Source: Podarcis pityusensis (taxonomy: Eukaryota). Taken from it: a stretch of 64,000 bases of DNA. The DNA lies in assembly GCA_964106645.2 (NCBI GenBank), contig OZ067046.1. One strand, written 5' to 3'. Each line of letters opens with the position of its first letter. The stretch's first letter is position 1. The translations under genes were made by a program, and so were the position numbers. Shown one piece after another: positions 1 to 12,210 of this stretch. The notes below the pieces were generated by a model. That model was not told the DNA's origin and searched no databases. It saw nothing but the letters and a program-made list of their open reading frames with translations.

Positions 1-834
1 TTGTTCTCTCCTCCTGTTTTGCTACCTTGTTACTGGCTGTCCTATGGTTTCCTTTTATTATTTCAATGCAAACTACATTTATATTCATTACATATTTTGG
101 TAAGCCACCCTAGGACCATTCATTGAATGGAGGACTAGAAGTATAAGCAATAAAAAGTGGAGATCTTAGAAAAAGAAAAAAGAATTCATATATGAATTCA
201 TAACTGAAATGTAAAATGCCCATCTTCCCAAGGAAATGGAAAAGGTCAAGATTTATCTTCCTAGTACAAAGAAGGAAAAGAGAGGTGATGCTTATGTACC
301 TAGACAAATAGCCAGACACCTGAGCAAGCCATAGATGCATTTTTCAAAACATCTATCACTGCTAGAAATTGTATTAAAGTCATGCCATTGTTAAACAAGC
401 TTTTCAGAAAAGCCAAGGCAGGCCAGCCACATGGGCTCCACAATTTCTGTCTACAGGAGGCTGGTGTGCAGCAGCAGGAGCTGGTGACAAGTCATGGTGA
501 AAAAGGTAAAGATATAATGCTTTTAAACCTCTAGGGAGGATGGAAGGAAAGTAAGATATAACAGACTGCAGTATCAAAAGGGGGCTACTCACTTGCTTTT
601 CTTAGCAGTGTAGGGCTGTTGGGGGCAGGGATAGGAGAACTCCACTGGGAGCTAGAAGGTACTGACATTGCATAACTGATGCAGCAGCAGAGAGATAAAA
701 TGCAGCATTCCAAAAGCTTGCTTCACAAAGACATAAAATAAAAGACAGGAGTGAGAGGGAACAGGGGTTGGGCAATGAAATCTGGGAAGCAAATGAAGAT
801 AGCTTTCACCTAGCATCTCTACAGTACAGACTTG

Positions 835-1045
835 GAAATAAATAAATAAAATTGTCCAGTAGCACCTTATAGACCACCTAAGTTTGTTCTGGGTATAAGC
901 CTTTGTGTGCATGTACACTTCTTCAGATACCAGTGTGCATGCACACGAAAGCTTATACCCAGAACAAACTTAGTTGGTCTCTAAGGTGTTACTGGACAAT
1001 GTTTTTATTTATTTCAGCTGCATCAGACCAACACGGCTACCTAAC
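835..1045. mobile_element. Penelope-like element (PLE) terminal remnant arranged as an inverted repeat, with hammerhead-ribozyme core motifs
   Basis: 835-919 and 932-1015 are reverse complements with a few mismatches (GTCCAGTAGCACCTTAtAGACCAcCTAAGTTTGTTCTGGGTATAAGC vs GCTTATACCCAGAACAAACTTAGTTGGTCTCTAAGGTGtTACTGGAC). CTGAAGA is on minus at 920-926 and GTGTGCATGCACAC-GAAA on plus at 933-950. The trailing CAGACCAACACGGCTACC resembles reptile PLE ends as I recall them. Confidence 0.75.
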
Positions 1046-2611
1046 TGAGTACAGACTTGGGTGCAGGATTACAGCTCAGTTAGGCTCATTTAAATCCTAA
1101 CTATGTAGTCCAAGCATGTAGGGTCTGAGTCTTGGAGAACATTAGAGCTGAAGAGTTGCCCAGCTGTTTCCACACCCTTTGGATCGTGTTTCTCAAAGAG
1201 GAGCAATCCCCTCCTCCATCACATACTGCATGGCAACCAACTCCCATTTTTTGGAATGAAGGAGAAATTTCAAAAGCCACTTCTAATATGCCTTGAGGGA
1301 GGTCTACTGTTCATGGTGGATGGGTGTAAGGGTAAGACTCAAGCAGTTCTTTTGATCACTGCCATAGTTCCTACAAGGTTAAGGTGTGGACTAGTGTCAG
1401 AAATCTAGGCAGTCAGTGAGTGAGAGCTGGGAGCCAGGAAATCAGAGCAAAGAGTCAAGGCAGAGTCAGAGGTGGAGGATAAGAGAAAGCAAGGGGCTCA
1501 AGTCAAAGTCAGAGAACAAGTTGAGGATCAGAATGAGAAAGGAAGCTGAGAGCCAATAAATATTTAAATTGTTCAGGAGAAATCCCAGACCACCTGAATA
1601 GGGAGTCTTTATCATGATATCTCCTGTTGAGAAGCACCAATTGGCAGCTTGGGTAGATGGAAATATTTCAATGCAGGGGAAGAAATCATTTTCTATGGGC
1701 AAAAAGGGGAAACCTGTGGTACTCCACCTAACATCCTGACTAAACACTGGCTGTGCTGGCTAAGTCGGATGGTAGTTGGATGTCCAGCAATACCAGAAGG
1801 ACCATGAGTTTCCCATTCTTGGCTGAAAGAGATGGTTCAACCTGCAACACCTGTGCATGGTACTGTGGGTTCTCTCTTCTACTCCTGGCAGCTTCCAACA
1901 TGTAGTCACTATCTTGCAGCCTAACCTATTTCACAGATTTGGGGAAGGATAAAGGGGGCAGAGGATGCACATTATCCCAAGATCCTTAGTGCAGGGATGA
2001 GATGGGATTAGATGATACAAAATCATTTGGTCTTTTGTATGCCATATTTCTAAGCTGGAAAACAAAACAGAGGGGAGCAGTTTAATATAATGATTGTTCC
2101 GACCATTCATTGCAAATTAACCATAATTGGCAAGGTTACAAAGTGCAATCAAACATTAATGCTAGTGTTTCATGCCTTTATATTGCAGCTAGTTAATTTA
2201 ATAGCAGTGCCTTTTAAAAACACAATCTTAAAAACACAATCAATACAGTCAAGAGGTGACAAAAAATAGCTGTATGTTCCACCACTTGATCTAGACCTTA
2301 GCATCTAAACCCAGATTAGAATCCTACTACTAAAGGCTAAAATCTTGGGTGAGGTTGTTCAGCTGCTTGTTGTATAATTGGTAATATACCATTTCCTCAA
2401 GTGGGTTGAGCAATGGAGTGAAATATGGCAACAGCTTCCAGGGCCAATGCCATGTAAAGACATTTTAAAACAAAGTAATACATAACTCACCTTCTCATAA
2501 GCACAAAATGTTACATTTTAAACATTCTAATCACCAATTATGCTGTCAATATTTTATATAAGACCTAGCACTGATTGAAAAAGGAATAAAAAAACCGAAT
2601 AAGCAAAGTGT

Positions 2612-2696
2612 GGTTTATTTACTACTACTATTTGTTTCATTTATGAATCATGCCCATAAAGCATCCCAAAGTGATTTACAATATTGCACGTGTGTG

Positions 2697-2730
<34 letters not shown>

Positions 2731-2945
2731 GTTTAAACAAAATTCTAAACATAGAAAAGCATACTTGGACTACAAACCTGCTCTTTCAGGGGGAGGACAA
2801 CCCCATCCAAAGCAGGCAGTTGACTAAATATCCAGATTTGGAAACTGCCCACCCACAGTGTCTCTATCTTACCCAGGTTCAGAATCAATTTATTGGCCCT
2901 CATCCAGCCCACTACAAAGTCCAGGCACCCGTCCAGGAGTTTTGA
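2612..2945 (-). mobile_element. Old L2-type LINE fragment (post-RT region and 3' tail)
   Basis: Minus translation CLDFVVGWMRANKLILNLGKIETLWV...LDGVVLPLKEQV matches the L2 ORF2 pattern WMxxNxLxLNxxKTE, also seen at 45270. Confidence 0.65.
2685..2730. repeat. Alternating purine-pyrimidine tract (TG/CG/CA microsatellite)
   Basis: tgcacgtgtgtgcacacacgcgcgcg(ca)n, 46 bp of strict alternation. Confidence 0.9.
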
Positions 2946-4919
2946 GCTTAGTTTTTCACTGGGAGGTGACAAAGAATGGTGTGTGTGTATTTTTCCTTCT
3001 AGTAAACATTTCTCCAGCACTCTGCTCTCTCCCCATTGGCCTGAACTTCCTGATTTCATAAAAGCCCCACTGGAAGAGTCAATGATATCTTCCACTGGGT
3101 TTTAATGGAAGTGTTGGAAGGCTGCAGAGTGTTGCTCACTGATGAAATGACTTGTAGAATGAAAGAAAGGACACACACAAACACACCCAGCCACTTCCAA
3201 AGTAGAGTGAGCTTGACAGACAAAAAAAAACCTATCCATGAAAATTTCAGTGCAATTTTCTCTTCCCATGATCACACACAAACAGATATACACTAATTTT
3301 TTAGCACAGTACTAAAATATCTGTATACATACTTGAATTAAAACAAAAAACAGAGCAGTGCTTGCACCTTCAGTCTTGCATACATTTAGTGGGGTCCCTA
3401 CGCTTGCCCCAATACTACTATTCCAAACTGGGAAGCCCTTGACAGCATCCCATCATGCAGAGTAAAACAATGCATTCAGAACAGGGTACTGGATGAGTTC
3501 TCACCCACATGCAGAATTAATGGAGCTACTGGGATTGTTGCCCTGTTACTTACATACATTATTCACAACTAAGAATTAAGTCAAGAATTTTGGATAATCA
3601 AGGTTTAATAAAGGATAGGATTTTCCAGCTTGTTAATCATTTGGGTGGTGGGGAATGAATCATTAGCACTTAAAAAACCCCAACAGAATCCAGTAGTTCT
3701 ACAATCAATTCATGTATAATGAAATCACAAAGGAAGGTCTAATGCTCGGTCGCAAGGCTATATACAGGACGGTTAACGCAGATAAGCAGGCATAAATAAC
3801 CACCAATGCATAATAAGACTGCAATGATTTTTTTAAAAAAAAAACATATAACCATCAGTTTTTTGATGGAGGAAAAGATGTACTATGTATAGGCAGGTGT
3901 GGTAATGAAGTCAAAAGCTGCACATGCACAAAAGCTGCAGATTTGATTAGCTCTATTTTTCATAACCTCTTTTTGCACATAATAACTAAAACAAGTTAAT
4001 GCTGTTTGTCATTCTAACCTTTGGTGTTCTGATTGTTCTCCTCTTCAAAAGCAGCCATAAAACAAAGTAATTCTATCATTATCCACTAATCTATCATTTG
4101 CAAATAGAACTCCGCCACTATTCATATTGTTCTTGCAAGCAGAAAGACTTCTTTCTGTTGCCTATGATTTATTTCATTCACTCCTGATGTTTCACTGCTC
4201 CGATAATCAGCTCAAGCAAGGTAGAAAGACTCCAAACACCTGCGGCGATCCAGCGGAAAGTGAAGTTGTTGGGAGGGGGGAGGCCCAGACCACCTGGCGA
4301 GACAGAGCTAAGGAACTGCACGCTTCCTAGCTGGCAGAAGTCTCATTTTAAATCTCTCAGATGTTACATCGGATGAGTCTGACAAAGTACATGATTAGTT
4401 TTCCAAAGCACAGAAGTACGGTCTGAAAACTTGAAAGTTTAAGCTTTGGTTATCTTTATTCATGCCTGCTGCCAGATAGCTGGCACTCTGCTGCTGGGCC
4501 ATCTTTCTTGTCTCCTGACATTTCATCACTTTGTGCCTCAGGGCCAGTTCCTGCAGTCATTTCCCCTTCCATGCAGGGAACCATGACCTGTCCTCCTCAG
4601 TCAGTTGCATGCCAGCAATTATGTGGAGGAACTGAAGTGTAAGCTGGCTGCACATGGACACACAGCTGGAGGTGATTTGTGCACCTGTGGTGACACTTGT
4701 TTCAGACACCTGGATGGTTAGAATTGCTATTGCTACATCCTTGACCCACACTCCTGAGTGGGTAGCCAATAACCCTTACAATAACGATCAAGCTTGGGCC
4801 AGAGTTTGTCCTCTAGTGTCCTCCTGAGCACTCCTAAAAGCTGCCAGAAAGCAGAACCTCCAGTTACCAATGCACAGATCCTAATTCATGTGTTCATCAT
4901 CTTCTAACAGTGTGTGGAC

Positions 4920-5059
4920 CAGAGATGATGAACTTGTGGCCCTCCACATGTTGTCAGGACACCAACTTCCATCATCCATAACCACTAGGTATTCTGGCTG
5001 GGGCTAATGGGAGTTGGAATCCCAAAAACATCTGGAGAGTCATAGATTCACCATTCTTG
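4920..5059. mobile_element. Degenerate hairpin MITE, same family as 38179-38306
   Basis: GGCCCTCCAcATGTT...CCATCATCC...GGGAGTTG...AACATCTGGAG palindromic layout. More degenerate copies lie near 1730, 20690, 30770, 37820 and 55490. Confidence 0.55.
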
Positions 5060-5579
5060 GGTCACACTATATTCAGTTGGGTCCAGTATTCTCTGAACTC
5101 TGACTGGCAGTGACCATCCAACCTTTTCAGAAAGGTTTGTCGCATCACCTGCATGACTCAAATTTCAAAATGTAAGTGTGTGAATATGTGCACTGAGACT
5201 TCGGGATAGGGGTTTGCACTAAATCATAACACACATACATAGTTAATGGAGCATTGAGCTTCATAGTGTCCCTTTCTTGTAAGATAATTCAAAAAATATA
5301 TATCTAGCAATTATGGTTTGTGCCAGTTGATTCATCAGTTACGAAGCTTGAAGGTCAAGGGATTTGACTCAAAGTTCTAGTCATTCTCTGTTATACACTA
5401 GGGACGGCGAGGGAGAAATTCACTTTTTTAAAAGGTAAGTTCATTTAGAATCAGATTCGAAAGCAAAGCATGAATAATTTAAAGTACAGGAAAAAATATA
5501 TTGAGAGCATGTAACACAAATTACGTTTTAATTAGTTGGAGACCAACTGGAGGGTACCACATTGACTATCCCTGATTTG

Positions 5580-5975
5580 CATAATGAAGGCAGAAAATCT
5601 TCCCATGTGACTTATAGGGCAGGAAGTTATGTTGGCAGGCACCAAGAGTCAGGGCCTTTCTAATGGTGGCCCCACAATTGTGAAATGAGCTCTTTTTGGG
5701 AATGTAGTTGGCACCCTCATTGTCATTTTGGCAGGCCTTAAAACATTTATCTTTCAAGTTGCTTTTACTCAAGAGGTGAATTAGGTGCTGTTTTCACCTT
5801 AGTGACCTGTTTTCATCTATGCCTATTACGACTTAATGAAATAGATGTTTTAATTTTGTTTACAGATGATTCTGCAGTATATTACCATGATAATTTTAGT
5901 GATTTTATCAGTTATTGTAGACTGCCTTGGGAAAGTATTTTGTTTTAAAATGTGGCTAGCAAAATTTATTAAATG
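5580..5975 (+). mobile_element. Old L2 LINE 3' end
   Basis: CAGGGCCTTTCTAATGGTGGCCCCACAATTGTGAAAT resembles the RAFSVxAPxLWN terminal motif, followed by an L2-like tail. Confidence 0.5.
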
Positions 5976-7879
5976 CTAGAGGCTGCTGCCCCTTCTTGCT
6001 CTGGTTTCCAAACCTGCCTACTCACCAACCCCTTTGCCAACCGCCCTTCCCCCACATGTGATTCAGCTTGCCTAAATCCCCAATCCCTTTTAAGGGAGGG
6101 GGAGGGGAGGTGCTTTACAAAGTGGCTTGCTTTGTGAAGTGTCTCTCCCCCACCCCTCTGTTAAGCAGCTATGCACTTCAGAGAACAGATTACTAGACCA
6201 CTCTATGATGTGCCTCTAGTAAATAGCTTGTCTAAGCTACCTGCCACCAGCACTGCTAGCACACTCACCTGCCTGCCATTTATCATGCTGGAGTTGGCAT
6301 GGCCACCTACTGATCGCCACACAAACTGCAGCATGACAACAGCCTTACATTTTTATGTATATTGGAAGAAACAGAAAGGTTGATTTTGGGGAACTGGGTT
6401 TGAGTTTATTTATTTATATCATGATTTACTAAAAACACAAAACAAACAAACAAAAAACTCCCAGAGAGGTGTACAGCATAATAGCTGAACTGTGACTACA
6501 TGGAGCAGGAAAGGCACCCCTTATTTCTAGAAAACCAGCATATATTATTGAAGCAACCACCCAAGCTTACAGACTAAGACTCCTTCAAACTGTCATTGTT
6601 TTGCAGGTGGGATTCAGTCATATATTGGCAAATTCAGACCGTACAATTGAAGTGTATTTGATATTCTTGTGCAACACCACCCCCACCCTCGCCCAACAAA
6701 ACCCAAATTTTTTGAGGTAAGGAAAGTGATGGGAATATATACTGGAAAATGCAGGATAACAATGTGATGTGGTATAAACTCCCCACAAACAAATTGAATT
6801 ACTTCTCAATAAACAGCAGACATCGTATAAACTCCCCCCATGAACTTTGTGCTAACTAAGTAAGACTTGCGCCCTGTAAACAGGTCATCTGGAAGTGACC
6901 TAAGAAATAAATCCCACTAAAAACCAAGAAACCTCCTAGCAGACATGTTTCAGATTGGGCTATCGATCCTCTACCTATAGAGCCAGGAAGCTAGAGGGCC
7001 TGGAAATGAAGTGTGTGCACAAGGCCTGTACCAGAGGGCATTGGGCTTATGAATGAAAGGTCAATGAGCTTATCATGAAAGAATTTGTCAGAGCTGAACT
7101 GTATCATCACTTCAGCAATTATTTTTAAGGTTTTGTGTTTGGTTTTTTAAAACGAAACAAAACAAAACAAAAAACCTCTCCCATCACAGCAGAGGCACAT
7201 TAGCTCTAAGTGCTCACCATGCTGGAACATACTTAATTCTAACACCAGCATTCTTTGACCTTTGGGAAGCAGAGAGGACCTTTCAGCACCATCTGTACTG
7301 ATCACGGAAATCTGCAGTTTAACGGCTTTTATCTTCTCTTTTATACTGACCACTGCATGTCCAGAACTGTTACTTTTGGTCTTTGCAAATTAACCCAGGT
7401 TGACCTACCAAAGATTTAAATTGCTTCAGAAAGAGGGAGAGGGAGTGATCATAATTATAACACTCTGTATCCAAGGCATTTGTCATTTTGCATAAAATTA
7501 CCCATAATGCTGCAGTTTCGAAGAGGTCATGTAATCTTATTAAATCTATCCCAAGGCTCGCACTGTGTTTAGCAAGTCTTTAGCTATGGTGATAAATGTG
7601 TTTAGTCCTGGCAGACTCACTGTTTTGGATTTTATTATTCAATTCTGTACACATTGTCCCCCCCCCTTTTTTTCTTTCAAGGGGGATGTATTTAATCATT
7701 TTGGAAAATGGGACAGTGAAAAACTGGATGGCCTTTACTCTGTACTCTGCACCCAGTTAGTGATAGAAATGGAAGCAGAGTAATGAGCTGAACTTAGGGA
7801 TAAGGGAAAATTTTGATTTTGTTTTGTGTTTATGGAAAGCTACCTAATTAGCACTACTCTAATATGCAAACGAAAACAC

Positions 7880-7883
<4 letters not shown>

Positions 7884-7917
<34 letters not shown>
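7884..7917. repeat. (TA)n microsatellite
   Basis: Perfect TA run. Confidence 0.95.
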
Positions 7918-7920
<3 letters not shown>

Positions 7921-7942
7921 AAGGACAAGATTAGAGACAGAC

Positions 7943-8335
7943 TGTCAGGAGTGCATGCAGGAGCCAGGCCCTGCGACCAGTAGGGCTTCGCAGGACTGGG
8001 GCCTTCCTAAGTTTGTTCTGGAGAGGCAAGGTGCTGCCTCACAGGTGAGGCCGCTTGGTAACTCACTGCACCTGGTGGCAAGAGCCGGGAAGGGATATAA
8101 GGTCAGCATTTCCCTTTGGCTTTTTGCCACAGCAACAGGTTTCCTGCCTTGCTGTGTTTGGCTCCTTGCTTCCTGATCCTCGGACCTCGGTTCCTTGCTT
8201 CTCGACCCTCGGACCCTTGACTTCGTGACTCCCTGCTTCCTGACCCTTGGACCCCTGGCTGCTGGACTCTTGTTCCTTCTCCCACTCCGCCATCTTGCCC
8301 CCGGTCCCGACGTCCTCAGCCAGGACTTCAATCGC
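7943..8335 (+). mobile_element. Probable LTR fragment (Gypsy-like)
   Basis: Abrupt GC-rich block starting TGTCAGGA, with TATA-like GGATATAAG near 8093 and imperfect tandem units (TTCCTTGCTTCCTGAxCCTCGGACC). It ends in a short Sauria-SINE-like piece (CAGCTCCCTCGGCC, 8337-8376). No TSD found. Confidence 0.5.
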
Positions 8336-10688
8336 CCAGCTCCCTCGGCCTGAAAGTGAAGGGGAGCACCGCACACCAAAGTTGATTTTGGCTGGACTTA
8401 ACTGTCCAGGGGTCCTTTACTTTTTTATTAAGGGGGTTAGAAATGCTTTTAAATAAGGAAATGAATATCATACCATTGCTAGAAAATAACTAGCTGTCTA
8501 TCATCAGTTCAAGTTACTCTTCTAAGCCTCAAACTTGGACCAGTTTGGTATGCATGGATAGATATGTCTCTGAAACACACACACACATACCACAAAACAA
8601 AACAAAACAAAACTGGCTGCTCCATTGTATTGAGAATGTGTACAACTGGATTCATTCTTTGTTAAATGTTACTAGTATTTTTGGTATTGATGGAGTGGGT
8701 GAACTACACAATGAAATCATTTTTTGTATGCTTAGTAAATCGGAAAAAGCTGCTAGAATCGTGAAGCAATTACTTTTTCTGTATAACTCATGAGCTATTC
8801 TTAAATTCAGGAATGCAGTTAATAGCCTCAGAGAAAAAAGAGTTGTTGTTTTTTAAAAAGAAAGATGTAATTTCTTTAAAGCAATGGCCCAGCATGGAAA
8901 GAATGTTAGAGATACAGATAATAGGAAAGAAAAATATGTAACAAGAGAAGAGCAAATAAAAAAAGAAACAAATGTCAAGAACATTTCATTTTTCTCCTTT
9001 GATGTAATCATTTACATCATTTCAAGGCTCACGAAAGGGCCTTAACCCTGGGACTTTAGGAATAAACATAGTGGTTCCTCATACCTGCCCATCAATGCCT
9101 TGTGGCTGGAGGGCAGAGACAAGAGCTGTGCTTGAGGACTAGCCTACTGAACCACTCAAGGCTTCATGGCTGGGGAGGCCAAAATTCCCTTAGCATGTGC
9201 TAGCAAGGAAGGGCTAGGAGTAGGGAACTAACTGCTCTAGGCCCAGAGTCAAGAGAACTTGTCCCAAACTTCAATGATTTGGTTATAGGTTACTATGTCT
9301 AGGATCTGACCCTGTAACAACAGCAGTTTTACCCGTTTGCAGATCCTTTAATGACATTTTAATAAAGTAGTTGCAATTATATCCCCAACACTTCGTGCCT
9401 TTTTTCTCATCAAAGGGCGTGGGTGGAAATGTAATTTTTTGAAGTTACCCTAGTTAATCCAGGGTGTGGTATGTTGTTGTTGTTTTTAAGGGTTTTTTAT
9501 ATTTATTTATTTATTTTTGTATTTATTTTTAAAAACTTCTTCTTGTAATTTATTCTTTCTGCATACAAAGGGGAGGAAAGTCCTGCCAGAAATTATAAAT
9601 GGTAATATATGCCATGGATATTTTCAGGAGAGTCAGTTTCAAGGAATCAAAAGGTTTCATTTATAAATCAGATAAGAATGAGTGCTAATCCGAGGAAGCT
9701 TTCTTCAGAGTGTTTATCACAAGCTTAGCTTCTTACTGCTTATCAGGAACAAACCAAAATGCCAACCCCATTCCTGCCCACGGCTTTCATTGACATGAGA
9801 ACCCACGTGATTTAGAAGTTAGTATCTTCTTGGAAACTGCTGTACCTTTATAAAGTTCTGAAATGCGCACCCAGTTTCATCAAAGGATCCCCTGTGCCAC
9901 CATCACCAGACCTGTGATGTTCTACTGTATCAGTTAGTACAGCTTCTTATTTGCTGGCACATCCAGACCTAACTGCTCTTGTGTGAAAGACTAATGTAAA
10001 ATATCAAAATAAAAGAATATATGAGGCAGGAAGTTCTGCAGAAGTCCCATTCGTTTACATTTGTAATTTTAATCATTCTGGATCTCTCTCAGAAAATGCC
10101 ATTGGTATCATCAAAACTGTCTTGTTCAACTCTTACGCCTGTGGAACAATCTCCAAGTCCAAATTTGGCTTTATCTTCTGCTAATTAAAACATTTATGTC
10201 CTGCCCTTCTAGGGTGAAGACCTCCACGATAGTTTACAACTTATAGAGCACTACAGTCCATAAAGCAATTACAAAAAAAGAGACAGGGTCAACTGGTTAA
10301 AAAACAAATTAGATATATTGCCTGCTTTGTTGCATAAGATCCTGCCAGAATTAAAATATTTTCATAATGGAATCTTTACTGGGGCTGAAAACCACACTTT
10401 GCAAAGTAAGGTGATCCTTCAGCTGGCTACAGCCGCTGAGAAGGCTCGAAGTCTCTCTTTTCCCCACCCAGCTGAGTTTTCACCCTATCAAAAGCAAACA
10501 TTTGAGACCAACCTGTAGGCTGATTGTGTCCATCTGTAAGTGGAACAAATTTTCATTTATGCAACAGGATTTCCTCTTCCTCTCCTCCTGTGCTACTCCC
10601 ACTACACCTCCCAAATCTGCTCCAAATCTGGGGGTCATAGCAAGAACAGCGTTCAACACTGGATATCACCCACAGGCCATTTATTTCA

Positions 10689-11484
10689 TATTGCCAGGGG
10701 AGTTGTATGTCTGCTCACCTTTTTCGGTGGGCGGTGTTGCAGCCAGGCATCTGGGTCCCTGCGGTTATCTGGTCTGGGGGTGGGGAGTTGACAACCCCTC
10801 GTACCGTTCCGGTCGTGTCCCTGGCGCTGGGCGGGGCCACACCCAATGTGACCCTGCTGCCAATCAGCGCCGGTGGCTGCAGGGGGCTCTCCTCTCTCGC
10901 CCTTTTGCCAGATCTTCCAACCCACCCACCCTCTTTTTATGCTTTGCTATGACACGACCTTGCTATGGACAAATGTCAGCCACCATGTTGCTGGGGCCAG
11001 GTAGGGTTTTTCCCCACTTGGCAAACTGGCACCAGCCATTTGGTTTTCACCTACCTTGCAGCAATCATCACAACTTTGTGAGGTTAGGCATTGGGTAAGC
11101 CTTTGTCTGGATAGAGGGGAGGCTGCAGCCTCCATCTGCCTCTCCTCATTAAGGATATCCTGTTAAAGGGATCTGGGGTGTGTGGATCCTGTTCGGACGT
11201 AGGCTAGGGCCATGACATGACACCAACAGAGATCCCTCGGGGTGCCCCTATTTGATGTTAGTCATAGGGCTCCCCCTATTGGTGGTTTACCCCTTAGATG
11301 GACTCCCTGAAGATGGGCAGGACTCAAAATATAGCCTGGGTTCACTCAATGCCTAAGCCAAACCACTCACATCTGTAACGAATAAAGTTGTGATCTATTT
11401 GAACCCATAAAACTAAATACTTGTGTCCGTGTATTTATGAATCACTAGGGAACTGTGGGTCACGGGACCTTGGCATGCAAAACA
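10689..11484 (+). mobile_element. Probable solo LTR (~0.8 kb)
   Basis: Sharp GC/CpG-rich block with TTGC...GCAA ends, a GC box near 10829, CCAAT at 10860 and AATAAAGTTGTG at 11381, about 100 bp before the end (U3-R-U5 layout). No clear TSD. Confidence 0.55.
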
Positions 11485-12109
11485 TCTTTAACAACCAGGC
11501 TGGTGCTCTATACACCAACCTGACACTTGAAGAAAGGACAGGTACAAATATAAAATAATGAAAATGAATTCAAACAGGAGAAAAATAAAGACAGAAACAT
11601 TTTTAAGGGCTCCTTTCCTTCATATATTCTATTTTTAAAAGTCAGTAAACATTTTGTGGTAGGGATCAGCTTAGGTTGTTCTTTGAAGGCTGTTCGCAAT
11701 AAGGAAAGGTTAATGCATCTGCTTTTAAAAATAAGTGTAATTGCAGCAATAAGATGTTAACAACAGTAGTGGCAACTTAATGGTAGCAACAAGAAAATGC
11801 ATTGGGGAACAAAACTTCTACAAACAAATATGCAGTTAGGCATTTTCTGTCCATTAAACATGCTGGTTTCAAAAATGACTAAAGCATAATTGTCATGCTG
11901 TGAAAATAGATTTACACACAAACCAGGATCTGGATATGTTGTGAAATCAGCTGCCATGCTTTTGTGTATTCTAACTCCAATTATATTGCAGGCCTGTGGG
12001 CGTTAAATATTTGGGTAAGTCACATGCCTGGTGCATGAATTAACACTGCCTTTCTGACACTAGTAGAATCATAGAATCACATAAACTATTACCACTAACA
12101 CTACTTACC

Positions 12110-12210
12110 ATATTCTTCACCTTCTCCAGTTCTAGAACATCCTTTTTCAGGTGTGATGATCATAACAATATACAGTATTCCAGGTGTGGCCATACTATAG
12201 ACTGGAATGA
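12110..12210 (-). mobile_element. Old CR1 fragment
   Basis: Minus translation contains PHLEYC, as in the young CR1 [11 protein letters not shown]. Confidence 0.55.

Noticed and set aside
5402-5434. 33-nt exon-like unit ending in AAG/GTAAGT
   Set aside because: The acceptor side resembles a common squamate repeat end (TAGGGA...GAAATT, also near 7796), and there is no other support.
6094-6230. G-U-rich hairpins as a miRNA or structured RNA
   Set aside because: Mismatches fit CpG decay of an old palindromic repeat, and the stems are too short for a confident pre-miRNA call.
7945-8456. Overlapping 60-144 aa ORFs
   Set aside because: Products of GC-rich, tandemly repetitive LTR-like sequence with no domain motifs.
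10502-11098. 198-aa ORF
   Set aside because: Spans the flank/LTR boundary and has no recognisable motif; expected by chance in GC-rich DNA.
12103-12135. Minus-strand small exon with a GTAAGT donor
   Set aside because: Lies at the edge of an old CR1 fragment.
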